Part shown: positions 11,275-23,960 of the stretch, in pieces | Layout: every line of letters starts with the position of its first letter | How positions within the stretch are numbered: position 1 is the stretch's first letter | Origin: Laetmonice hystrix | Lineage: Eukaryota | Assembly (NCBI GenBank): GCA_965235115.1 | Contig: OZ249444.1 | Coordinates: forward strand, 6,200,001-6,264,000 | Direction: 5' to 3' | DNA length: 64,000 bases | Program-made: the position numbers and the translations under genes | The notes under the pieces: model-generated | What the model was told of the DNA's origin: nothing | What the model saw: only the letters and a program-made list of their open reading frames with translations | The model's database searches: none

Positions 11275-14200
11275 ATGTATGAGGCGAGTGACTTGAGTCG
11301 ACATGCTGGGGGTCAGAATAACAGTTTTTCTGATGCAAATAGCAGCAGTCACGACATACGAAACTGTGGCTACAGTTCAGGGTATGCCCCCAGTGGGATG
11401 AATCGTTACGGGGTAACCTCTGAGGGCGCCGGTGAAGGCAGGATGAGGGCGGGGAGGCCAGGAGAGGGCGGCCCGGGTAGGATGGAGCACCCGGCCGTAT
11501 ACAGCCGGCCCCCGCTGCCACTGCCCCACCAGAGACAGGACCCTCTGCCATATCAGTACCCCAGTCCCCACGGCAAGAACACATACAATGGTAACTACAG
11601 TTACCACGACCAACCCCCAAACGGACCACTCCCGAGCCCTGTCCACTCCGGAGGGTACCCTGGAGGTCGCGGCAGGCCAGACGGTCACATAGACGATAGT
11701 CACAGGTGTAGTAGTCAACCGGCGCCGTCGCCCAGGGCCCAGAGGTCGGACCAGTATCATGGCTCGCCCGGTAAGACCGCTGCCGCCTACCGGCCGACTC
11801 AGCTCCCATACCGCGGGGACGGAGGTCCTCCACCCAGGGTCCCAGTGAGGCCAAGCGAGGAGATGTACAGCCCAGGGATCCCACCCGGCATTCCGAGCCC
11901 GTCTCCCCGACAGTTCCAGTCCCAAGGCGAGCCGCAATATTGGCCACTCACAGGTCGGGCATCCAGTCCACATGGTAGCAATAGCAGACTTTCAGGGCCA
12001 TCTACACCAAGTCCACACGGCAGCATGACCAGGCTCTCCAACCCACCCAGCCCAATGGGTAGTGGTCATAGACTCCCCAGCCCAGCCAATGCCAGCTTGG
12101 CTTACCACCCGTCCAGTCCACACAGGCCTGTTGCTGCCTTAGGAAGTCCACACAGTCCATCAGGACACGGTAACCAGTTCGCCAACGTGTTCAATTCAGT
12201 TTCAGCTGTTCGGAGACCAGCAAGCCCAGCTGGGTCCCAGAACAGTTCTCACAGTAGCCAACACCAAGGACTCACATCTAGTAGCCCAGTGGGTTCACCC
12301 TCACAAAGACTAGTGAACCAACACGTAGAGGAATCCCACGGCCCTTCCATGACACCAGGCCCATGGTACAACCCTCAGAGTGCCCCTGGCCCATACGCCC
12401 TCAGCCAGGGAAGGTCTCCACGAGGGCCCCTACCAGGAGGACAAAGTCCCTCCGAGGGGCTTTACGCGCGAGTCGGTCAATACGAGGGACAATACCGGTT
12501 GAATGCTGACTCCCCGTCTGCCCAGAGCAGATCGCCGAGGTCGCCCAATGGCGTCTACATCCACGAAGGAAATTTCCCGCGGACCCCAAGTCACCCAGAC
12601 TTACGGGAAGGTTCATTTCGTGCTGCTCCCAGTCAGTCGAGTCTGGCTGGCCCTGGGCTCCCTGGGCTCCCTGGGCAACCTGCAAGAAGTGGAAGCCTAT
12701 CTAGTCTCAGCAGGGACCACACGAGCCCGTCTGCTGGTCAGTCGGGCTTTCCTGATGGACCTTACCATCGATTACCCAACTCACGGGATCTTCAGGGCAG
12801 ACAGTTCGACATCTCTTCAAGTCAGTCCAACCTTCGCGATAATCAGTACAGACAACAACCTGCTAGTTACCAAGGCAATAGCAGCGGAGTAACCAACGGG
12901 TCAGGGGCTCCGGAGGGACTCTGTAATGTAAGTCCAGGACAGGTGAAAGATTTGCATAATGCAGGAAACTGTCATCCTAACAGAGCACCAAATTACTCTG
13001 ATGTAAAAGGACAAAAGATTAAAGGTGAGCGTAGTCCCAATGACATGAACTTTAGCAGAGTACCGAGCAATTATAGTCTCGATGAAGGACATTATATTAA
13101 TAGAGCTCTAGGCCACCCCGGTCTCAATGAAGGACAATACAGTAGAGCACCAAGCCATCCTAGTCTCAATGAAGGACATTATGTTAGAGCTCCAAGCCAT
13201 CCTGGTCTCAATGAAGGACATTATAGGAGAGCGCCAAGCCATTCTAGTCTCAGTGAAGGACACTATGATAGAGAATCAAGCCATCCTAATCTCGGCGAAG
13301 GATATTATAGTAGGACACCAAACCATCCTAGTCTAAATGAAGTACAGTATAGTAGAGCACCAAGTAATTCAAATCTCAGTGGAGAACAGTTCAGCAAAGC
13401 ACCAAGTCATCCTAGTCTATACGAAGGACAACATAGTAGGGCACCGAGCCATCTCAGTCCAACTGATCAATTAAATAGAGCGCCAAGCCAACCAAGTTTC
13501 AACAAAGGTCAGATAAGTAGAGCGCCGGGTCATGATAAAAGAACTTTAAGCCAATCTAATGTAACTGACGAACACCTTAACAGAACAGCTAGTTATACAA
13601 CTTTGAATGAAGGACATTCCCAACAGAATATTGAAATTTTTCATGACCTCGGGGGCGGTCCAAATGAGCAGTACGAAGGAGTCACAAATGGTGTCGACAC
13701 TTCTGAGGTCCCACATCGGCCACCCGGAGACGAGAGTGAGCCACTCGGAGATAGAAACTCAGCCACATCTGACGTAGCTGTGGCGTCCAGCGACTTGTAC
13801 AGACCTCAGTCTCGCAACACTCCGGAGGGTGGCGCCAGTGTGTCAGATCCCCAAGGAAGACCCCCTGTCGTCAGATCTAGAGCGGGAAGTCCCTCTGGGC
13901 CACCGCCGCCTCCTCCATCACATCCTCCAGTCACAGTGCCCGTGTTGTCACAGCAACGTCAGGAGACGATCGAGGTGGACGCTCCGCCCGCTGTGCCACC
14001 TCTCCCGTCCGCCTCCTCCTCCTGCCGCTCGGCGCCGCTGCACACTCAGCACAAGCCTCCAGTGCCGCCGCCCTATTCGTATCAGGCCAAGCAGAGACAG
14101 AAGCAGCCGTCGCTGCTGTCGTATCCAACAAGCTCGCAGGTACACTCAGCAGAATCCGTCCCGCCACCGCCGCTGTCTCAGCCGTCGCGGCACGGCACGT

Positions 14201-14288
14201 CGCTCGCACCACGTCAGTCGGTCAGCAGCCATCAACGCGAGCGACCAGCCGCCAGGTACAATCGACACTACTACTACGATACTAACAG
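11275..14288 (+). CDS. Giant candidate alternative first exon, 1004-aa Ser/Pro/Gly/His-rich disordered region
   Basis: aaaATG start, 3-kb uninterrupted ORF with diverged internal protein repeats, donor AAC AG|gtacgt in phase 2. The ORF otherwise runs on to a stop at 14370. Confidence 0.75.
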
Positions 14289-14796
14289 GTACGTAACCAC
14301 AGCAGCGGCGGCATCCAGCCGCTTTCCCAAGCTGCTGACGTTGATATTTCAGGGGTATTTTCAGCAATGAGGGGGAGGGAGGGGGGGAGCCACCCACCTG
14401 AGTTAGGAGCCGAGGATTGAGTGGGTTGATATCGCTGCTGTTGAAGCAGCTGGTAGAGAGAGATGTTGGTCCGGGATCGCTGAGACTGCCTCAGTGTACA
14501 TGGGTTAAAATGTATACCGGCCACACACAGTGCCAGGCGTGGATGGATACACAGTGGGGAGCTAGACCACTTGGTGTGTATTGCCTTAATTAGCCCTGAC
14601 AGATGTGTGTTAATTGTATGCAATTGTTCTAATTGCTACAAATTCAATTTGGATGATCCTGGAGGAATATAGCTGTGTGAATACCGGTAGCGGCAAAGCA
14701 AGATTCGTGGCTCTACTGCTGAAGCTACTCCTGCAGGTGTTGGCCTAGGAAACAGCCGGGTGGTGGATTAAGCTGTTGAATGGCTGTTGCGGCCTG

Positions 14797-15176
14797 ATGC
14801 AGTGTATTGGAGGCTGTGGTTATCGCACGGACCCATCCTTGAGTCCTGTGGCGGGTGTGGGCCCCACCACTGACGGAGACTGGGAGTCTAAGCCCCTCGG
14901 TATACGGACATCCACCAGCGCTGCCGTTAGTAACACCGTCACTGAAGTCGGTGGCACAACCTCATCAGTATCTGATGTCCTCGCGATTGCTGGCCCTGAC
15001 GACCGAGGTGGTGCTGGTGGTGCTGATGGCACCACTGGCGGTGCAAGGGCTCCTGCTCCTTGTGCTGGAGTAGCAGGACCATCGACTGCACCCCTCACCA
15101 GCCAAGGGTTCAACCCCGAACCCTCCTCCTCCTCCTACTCGACCGTCCACGTTGAGACCAGCAACCCCATCCTCAG
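14797..15176 (+). CDS. Candidate alternative first exon MQCIGGCGYRTDPS...ETSNPILR
   Basis: 126 codons ending CTC AG|gtaggt, phase 2. Confidence 0.5.
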
Positions 15177-16072
15177 GTAGGTAGGTGCTCCTCAGCACCT
15201 GTCTCCTGACACCGGTTCACAGGCAAGGTCAAGTCCATTTTAATTAGCTCCGATTTCATAACATCAGCTTCACCTTGCTTAGTGACCGGGATCTAACAGT
15301 GTTTTCCTAAGCTGCATTGCACACAAGTCATGATAAGACAGTTATGTCAGCAAGAACTGAAAGCACCTGGAACTTTGTACATTCGATCACATTATGTATT
15401 AACAGATGTATTCCCCAGATAGGAATGAACGTTGAGGATTTGAAAAGTTCTGTTGTGAATGATCATTGTATTTGACAAGGCTAAATATTACTCCTTGACA
15501 TTGAAAGGTAGCGGTCCATACAGGCAGGGGTGTATATTTGCTGCCAGTGTGACTGGGTGCGAATCTAGAGTGTAGTGATAAAAAACGAACCCACGACTCT
15601 GTGTTGAATCGGATATATTTGGAGATTCCACAAACAGACGCTCAGGTACTGGCGGTATATATGTCAGCAGTATGTGCACAAGGTAACACGGGTAAAAAGT
15701 TTCTGCGGGGTGATAAAGGTGCTCAGTGCATCACGCCTCGACGTCTGGGGATTTTTACATGCATGGCTCTCCGAACTGATCAGTGATTGGAGTTATATCG
15801 AGACTTATCAAAGTAAAATATCAATATTTTGAATCCTAGATTCGATCCTCAGTTTATTGTGATTACCTGAAACCAACGCTGAAACTTGCAGGAACATTGA
15901 TCGTATGAAAACATGTTGTGTCTGCATTTTAATTGCGGGTCGATATAACAGTGTCTAAATTTGAGGTGATAAATTTGGAGTACGTGCAAGCTATGTGGTG
16001 GGTCAGCAGTCTGTTGTGACGTCAAGATTATCAAAAGGGCGAGGTGGTTCTGTCAGACGGTGTCAGTGAGTC

Positions 16073-16920
16073 TGGGAGTGTGGGAGGTGTAACACCTTTT
16101 GTCTGTGTGGGTATGGGAGGGTGGGAGGTGTAACACCTGTAATAAGTGTGGGTATGGGAGTGTGGGAGGTGTAACACCTGTAATTAGTGTGGCTATGGGA
16201 GTGCAGGGAGTGTAACACCTGTAATTAGTGTGGCTATGGGAGTGCAGGAGGTGTAACACCTGTAGTGTGGCTATGGGAATGTAGCAGGTACCTGTAGTCA
16301 GTGTGAGTATGGGAGTGTGGCTGGTGAGTATTGAAGATGTAACACCTGTAATCAGTATGGGTATTGGAGGTGAAACACCTGTAATCAGTGTGGGTATTGG
16401 AGTTGTAACACCTGTAATCAGTGTGGGTATTGGAGATGTAACACCTGTAATCAGTGTGGGTATTGGGGGTGTAACACCTGTAATCAGTGTGGGTATTGGA
16501 GGTGTAACACCTGCAATCAGTGTGGGTATTGGAGGTGTAACACCTGTAATCAGTGTGGGTATTGGAGGTGTAACACTTGTAATCAGTGTGGGTATTGGAG
16601 GGGTAACACCTGTAATCAGTGTGGGTATTGGAGGGGTAACACCTGTAATCAGTGTGGGTATTGGAGGGGTAACACCTGTAATCAGTGTGGGTATTGGAGG
16701 TGTAACACCTGTGATCAGTGTGGGTATTGGAGGTGTAACACCTGTAATCAGTGTGGGTATTGGAGGTGTAACACCTGTAATCAGTGTGGGTATTGGAGGT
16801 GTAACACCTGTAATCAGTGTGGGTATTGGAGGTGTAACACCTGTAATCAGTGTGGGTATTGGAGGTGTAACACCTGTTTTCAATGTGGGTATTGGAGGTG
16901 TAACACCTGTAATCAATGTG
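16073..16920. repeat. 33-bp minisatellite, about 25 copies, degenerate at the left end
   Basis: ggaggtgtaacacctgtaatcagtgtgggtatt. Confidence 0.95.
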
Positions 16921-17526
16921 GGTAAAAAGACTGCGCGTGTATTTGGTGGTGGTTAGGAGATCGGGTGTCGTGTTGTGGACAGACACACGGACGATTCAGG
17001 GACGGCCAGACTATGTGCTAAAGGTGATCGCTTCAGGCCTGAAGGGTAGCCATGGCAACTCATTACTGCCTCAGTTCGCAGCTTTTTAAAGCCATTAGAG
17101 TGACATTGATTTAAAACAGGGAGTATGGAATGTCGACATGATAATAGCACGTGCCTTTCTGTATTTATTGCCATAGTGCCAGGTCTGGAATTTACAATAA
17201 AAAGGGCCAGCTTTACATCGTCAGGTTAGTACCGTAACAAATTGGAGTCGGGTGGAAAATATGGTGGCCGCAAAATTGCATGCAGTGATTTCATAATTAA
17301 AAAGTGTTATTTAGGGGATAAAAATCATGATAAAAAGTAGGAAAAGATATAAAACTGCGAGAGAAACACCTGTTGGGCCCGTTGGGGACAGTCGGTCGGC
17401 CTAGGGGACCAAGGGCACTTAATGACGTGATTTTTCTTTTATATATATATATGTACATGTAGGTGTATATAGTTTAACTCCTCGTAAATGTTTTTACCAG
17501 GGAGCCTGGTGAGCATTAGGTTCTGA

Positions 17527-17620
17527 CCCACACCCACACCCACACCCACACCCACACCCACACCCACACCCACACCCACACCCACACCCACACCCACACC
17601 CACACCCACACCCACACCCA
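17527..17620. repeat. (CCCACA)n microsatellite, about 15 copies
   Basis: Perfect hexamer run; short second copy near 25870. Confidence 0.95.
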
Positions 17621-17822
17621 ATGATGAGAAAGGTATGATGTGGTTGGGGAAGAATTAATGTTGTGTGAGGCAGACAGTTACTGTCATTGTTTCAATAGTT
17701 GATCAAGACCTGTCAGCAAGCAGCGGGTCCCGATGTCATATTGATTGGTGATTACGGCTGGAAGTTTGTTGATTGTGTCTCCTCCCGGTCTGAATAAATA
17801 CATGGTGGTGTTAGACTGACTC

Positions 17823-19220
17823 CGCCATCAGTGGAGGGAGGGGTGAGGGTGAGGGTGAGCTTACGCTGGCTCCGGGCCGCATGTCGAGTAACTCTGCCAT
17901 CAGTGGAGGGACCATGGAATGGGGTGAGGGCGAGCTTACACCGGCTCCGAGCCCCATCAGTGGAGGGACCATGGAATGGGGTGAGGGTGAGCTTACACTG
18001 GTTCCGGGCCCCATCAGTGGAGGGACCATGGGATGGGGTGAGGGTGAGCTTACACTGGTTCCGGGCCCCATCAGTGGAGGGACCATGGGATGGGGTGAGG
18101 GTGAGCTTACACTGGCTCTGGGCCCCATGTCGAGTAACTCCGCCATCAGTGGAGGGACCATGGGATGGGGTGAGGGTGAACTTACACTGGCTCCGAGCCC
18201 CATCAGTGGAGGGACCATGGAATGGGGTGAGGGTGAGCTTACACTGGTTCCGGGCCCCATCAGTGGAGGGACCATGGAATGGGGTCAGGGTGAGCTTACA
18301 CTGGTTGCGGGCCCCATCAGTGGAGGGACCATGGGATGGGGTGAGGGTGAGCTTACACTGGTTCCGGGCCCCATCAGTGGAGGGACCATGGAATGGGGTG
18401 AGGGTGAGCTTACACTGGTTGCGGGCCCCATCAGTGGAGGGACCATGGGATGGGGTGAGGGTGAGCTTACACTGGTTGCGGGCCCCATCAGTGGAGGGAC
18501 CATGGAATGGGGTGAGGGTGAGCTTACACTGGTTGCGGGCCCCATCAGTGGAGGGACCATGGGATGGGGTGAGGGTGAGGTTACACTGGCTCCGGGTCCC
18601 ATCAGTGGAGGGACGGGTCCCATCAGTGGAGGGACCATGGAATGGGGTGAGGGTGAGCTTACACTGGTTCCGGGTCCCATCAGTGGAGGGACCATGGAAT
18701 GGGGTGAGGGTGAGCTTACACTGGTTCCGGGCCCCATCAGTGGAGGGACCAAGGGATGGGGTGAGGGTGAGCTTACACTGGTTCCGGGTCCCATCAGTGG
18801 AGGGACCATGGGATGGGTGAGGGTGAGCTTACACTGGTTCCGGGTCCCATCAGTGGAGGGACGGGTCCCAGCAGTGGAGGGACGGGTCCCATCAGTGGAG
18901 GGACGGGTCCCATCAGTGGAGGGACCATGGGATGGGGTGAGGGTGAGCTTACACTGGCTCCGGGTCCCATCAGTGGAGGGACGGGTCCCATCAGTGGAGG
19001 GACGGGTCCCATCAGTGGAGGGACGGGTCCCATCAGTGGAGGGACCATGGGATGGGGTGAGGGTGAGCTTACACTGGCTCCGGGTCCCATCAGTGGAGGG
19101 ACCATGGGATGGGGTGAGGGTGAGCTTACACCGGCTCCGGGTCCCATCAGTGGAGGGACGGGTCCCATCAGTGGAGGGACGGGTCCCATCAGTGGAGGGA
19201 CCATGGGATGGGGTGAGGGT
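17823..19220. repeat. Compound minisatellite (57-bp unit plus 21-bp subunit)
   Basis: ccatcagtggagggaccatgggatggggtgagggtgagcttacactggttccgggcc, with ccatcagtggagggacgggtc sub-repeats in the right half. Confidence 0.95.
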
Positions 19221-20635
19221 AAGCGTGCAATGTGCACAGTTTCTAGACCTGACACAGAGACTCTGTGCCCGCTCATCAATACAGGACCCATTGCCACCAG
19301 GTTCATCAATGCTCCGCTCGTTAACGAGACAATGTTGTGCAATATCGGGCCCTCTCATAGCTTGCCATCCTTGCAGCTGACGCCGGCCCAATAATTACTG
19401 GGACCAAACCTTTTGGCCTTTAATTTCACGGAGCCGTCAGAAGTTAGATTAACTGCGTTGGTTTGAAATGATGAAACAGTCAGTGGGCCCGGTGTCCGAC
19501 CTATTGGCAGGCTGCTGTTATGGATCAGCCGGTGTTTTTCTACCCGATTCCGTAGTAGCCTGAATGTCTACCTGGCCGTGTAGATTTAGGTTTCATACAG
19601 GTAATCACTCTACCTGTACCCATACCTGTATATTCCCAATCCAGGTGATCATGGAGATATAACGAGTTGGATCTGATATCATGGACAGACCTGCCAACCA
19701 CTACGAAAAAATATCGTATATTTGCTATGATTTGGTATTGAAGATACACCAGTATGAAATTTGTGACAACAGGCCTATATTTTACGAAAAATTCATATTT
19801 CTCGGATAATTCTTGAAACATACTTTCTTGTCTGGCCAACCGAGTGCAGTTAGAACAGATATTTCAGATTTTAACGCGACTGTGAATATGTGAAGTTGTA
19901 CTTTAATAATTAAAGTTTATCTATTTTCTTGTTTTTATGCAGAAATATGTTAATACTAATTTTTATAACAAAATATAAATTTTTAAAAAGAGTTTTACTG
20001 TAGGCTGTAGCAAGTTGGCAAGTCTGCATGGGTTGTCGGGTGGGGTGCTCTTGAGTGTTCTTGGGTGATTTCACCTTTTGGAGGGGAGAGTTGAAGGAGA
20101 AGAAATAGCGGAGGATGGCTGCTGGAATCCCATTACTGCGGTTTCACAAGACGGTAATTTATTAGTGTGATTACAGACTGGCTGAAGGCAGTTCGGTTTA
20201 TTTTAAAATGTTAAATGAACCAGACACTAATCTGCAGCGGAGGAAAGGCAGGTGGTCACACAACTAGAACATGAGATGGATAATAGTGGGTTAGCATTGC
20301 TCTCGTCAGAATCAGACCATCTGATGTCTAATCTGTTCGACTGGGTCTTCAGTCTTTGAGGTGGAAGTACATCAGCTTCTATTGGATCGAGACAAAAACC
20401 TGATTGAGTGAGCGTACTGAATTAAAAAGCGCAATATTGGCGTTTGCTGAAGAGAAGGGTTTTTTAATGCCCCATAAGTATATTATGATAGCATGCCTAT
20501 CTAACGGAGTTGGATTCAACACGCAAGATCTCATAGTCAGCACCCTGCCATGTAGATTAATTGTCCCAGACAGGTCTCTGGCACGTACGGTACAAAATTA
20601 TGCATGGTCGCCACGTTTGAAAAAATGGCCTAAAT

Positions 20636-21420
20636 AGGTTTTGGCATGTTTTGGGAGGGTAATAATTGAATACATTAAAAAGGTTTTGGCATGTTTTTGT
20701 GAGGGTAATAATGGAATACATTAAATAGGTTTTGGCATGTTTTTGTGAGGGTAATAATTAAATACATTGAATAGGTTTTGGCATGTTTTTGTGAGGGTAA
20801 TAATTGAATACATTAAATACGTTTTGGCATGTTTTTGTCAGGGTAATAATTGAATACATTAATTACGTTTTGGCATGTTTTTGTAAGGGCAATAATTGAA
20901 TACATTAAATACGTTTTGGCATGTTTTTGGGAGGGTGATAATTGAATACATTAAATACGTTTTGGCATGTTTTTGTGAGGGTAATAATTGAATACATTAA
21001 ATACGTTTTGGCATGTTTTGTGAGGGTGATAATTGAATACATTAAATACGTTTTGGCATGTTTTGTGAGGGTGATAATTGAATACATTAAATACGTTTTG
21101 GCATGTTTTGGGAGGGTAATAATTGAATACATTAAATACGTTTTGGCATGTTTTGGGAGGGTAATAATTGAATACATTAAATACGTTTTGGCATGTTTTG
21201 GGAGGGTAATAATTGAATACATTAAATACGTTTTGTCATGTTTTTGTGAGTTTTGGCATGTTTTGGGAGGGTAATAATTGAATACATTAAATATGTTTTA
21301 GCATGTTTTTGTGAGTTTTGGCATGTTTTGGGAGGGTAATAATTGAATACATTAAATACGTTTTAGCATGTTTTTGTGAGTTTTGGCATGTTTTGGGAGG
21401 GTAATAATTGTATACATTAA
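20636..21420. repeat. 45-46-bp AT-rich minisatellite, about 16 copies
   Basis: ttttggcatgttttgggagggtaataattgaatacattaaatacg. Confidence 0.95.
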
Positions 21421-22251
21421 AGGAAAGGTGAGACAGGTGATTGCATTAACTTCCTGGTTAGGGTCGAGTTCCTGGAAACACTCTGTAGGTCTTGATGGAG
21501 GCGACAGTTCCAAGGATTCCTGAAGGGCTTCACACCTTTTTTGAGGACTGACATTTAAGCGGGGGGGGGGGGGTCTCCCCACCACTCCAAACAAGATGGA
21601 CCGAGAGGAAACCATGAGAACCGTACGGCACGGCCCGTTGTGATTCTCATTATAAAGGCTGGAATCACACGTACCGAGAGGTGCGGGTTGAGAGTGTTTG
21701 GCACTGAATGACTGGCACTGAAGCCCGTGACCGGTATTATGTCAAACTGTCTGATGACCAGACGAATGGGCCCCGTATCCTCACAATGAGCGCTCGGTGG
21801 CCAGGTTAAGGTGGTCAGGACTGCCCGTCTTCATCCACTCGTACAGTGTGATCAGATCACAACACCACCTTGTACACTCACAGTAAGCAGACTCTGCCAC
21901 AACAGAATCCTAGCTGTTCGTTCTACCCTTGTCATCTTCACCAGCGAACACCATTGATTTATGTGCCAGAGTCAATATGAAATTGGTCGTTAATTTGAGA
22001 TGAGATGAGATGAGCTCGATATTATCTTTTTAATCCATGCGGCAGATTTAGTGCCGGATAAGGTGAAGGGCGAAGGGCCGGTCATCATGTTAGGGGATAA
22101 TGTTATGCAGCCAAGTGAAGGGCAGTCTGTCGCTATCCATCACACCAGAACCATGTAGTCGGTGTTTCATTGATAAGCAGGGTGAGTGATTAATACAAGC
22201 CCGAAACCATGGCACAGAAAGACCCAGCAATATAGACACCACCCAGTTCTA

Positions 22252-22548
22252 GCCCTGGTTTCAGAAAGGCTCTAAGTAGCAAGCTTGAAGCAAAGCACAG
22301 CTACGGTGGCCCACGAGGACAGAGAAAACTTTAACTTTCTACATTGATCTTCATGGATATTTTCATAGCAGTCGAAATATCACTGCGGTGAAAATATTGC
22401 CATCACGGTTAAATTATTATCACTGTGAAAATATCGATGAAAATCAATCTAGAAAGTTAAAAACACTAAAGGTCTATGTCCTTCTGGACTGCCGTATCTC
22501 TGCTTAGCTTTAACGCTTATTGCTTAGAGCCTTTCTGAAACTGGGGCC
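22252..22548. mobile_element. Imperfect palindromic MITE (about 300 bp)
   Basis: gccctggtttcagaaaggctctaag...cttagagcctttctgaaactggggcc, with further internal inverted matches. Confidence 0.75.
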
Positions 22549-23537
22549 TGTTGAAAATGTTAAATTCCTGTAGGTTCCTGTGAAGCTATTTGAAATGGAA
22601 TCCTAGAAGCACGCAGGCTTGTGAGGACATTAAAGTCATTGTATGCAGACCACACGCGACAGACAGGGCTTGAAGCCTGGTATCCTGGCAACGGACGAAC
22701 AAATGAACCTCAATCCTCCTCAGCTCCTCTCATCCCCACCTGTTATTACCATGGCAACCTTATCTCTGCCAGGAGGCTGAGCATTGTACGGGCGGTACTG
22801 ATGATGGTAAGCCATTGGTATGAGAGGCCAGGTTTGTTGAGCGGTTCTTGATTACACAAACTGTGTGGATGCTGCCATTCTATTCATCATGATGGGAGAA
22901 GCCCATAAAAAACGCAGCCTTGCTCTTTAGCGCCAGACTCCTTTGATCGTCTTTTTTTCCGGGGAAGAGGGGACGAGACTGCCTTTAGACGTCGGGTCCA
23001 GGTTTTTCGAAATTTAAGTTCTTGCTTACGCTTCTTCATATTGCCTGGTCTGAATATCTAGGTTAATAATTCCTCACTATATAATATAGTATGCAAGTGT
23101 ATATTTTTGATGAGCTTACTTAAAGAGGCGGTGGGTAGAGTGCCGTTTGTGATCGCTAAGATTACCAAGGTCCTGTGAGATGAAATGTTTCCTACCATGT
23201 TCCTAAAGGACTTGATAAGTGAATGCTGTGATGGACGAGCGCCCGGTCAGGGCCTTCCTTTGACAGACCGGTTTGTCGACTTGTTTCATTATCACAGACC
23301 TCTCATCTGGTGTGATGAAGCGTGGATGGAATGCCCGGATGTCTCAGAGGGTGACTGCTGACGACAACGTCACTGACGTAACGTCGTCGGCTTATCGCCT
23401 GGCGTCTGGTAGGGGAGTGTACGTCAGCGGTCCTGGAATGGGGGGGGGGGGGGGGGTTGGCGAGGGGGGGGGGTAAAATCCGGAGAGGGTGACCGGAGAG
23501 AGTGATGGAAATGTCGGGAGGGGCGGGGCTGGCACCA

Positions 23538-23960
23538 GGGCCCGGTTTTTAGTTTGGAAACAGAGTCTTAAGATTCAAATCTTAAGATTGAATTCTTGTT
23601 TCAGAGCTTCTGATTGGTCCTTCAAATGAAGTCAGCCAATGAGAGACCATGACACAAGTCAGTCTTAAAATTTCAGTCTTAAGATTGGTAAAATAACGAA
23701 CTAAAAACCTGGGCCAGGTCCCGGTTCTTAAAAACTCTTAAAAAGATCTTGCATAAGCATAAGACCAGGGCCCGGTTCACAAACAAAGTCAAGTCAATTT
23801 TAATTGACTTGAAGTCAATTTTACTTGAATCTGATTGGTTAAAATGGATTTCAAGTTAATTAAAATTGACTTGGCTTTGTTTGTGAACCGGGCCCTGGTT
23901 GATGGAGACCAGCCAATCAGAAGCGTTAAGCAGTAACTTAAGTTTGGAAACACCTTGCTA
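23538..23960. mobile_element. Cluster of three GGGCCC-ended MITEs (23538-23715; 23768-23895 nested in 23717 to about 23960)
   Basis: TIRs gggcccggtttttag/ctaaaaacctgggcc and gggcccggttcacaaacaaagtcaagtcaattttaat with its reverse complement. Confidence 0.75.

Noticed and set aside
11270-14397. Antisense and alternate-frame ORFs overlapping the 1031-aa ORF
   Set aside because: Shadow ORFs of a GC-rich coding strand.
16053-19394. Long ORFs on both strands (250-499 aa) over the 33-bp and 57-bp arrays
   Set aside because: They arise from stop-free 3n repeat units that are open in several frames at once; no domain similarity.
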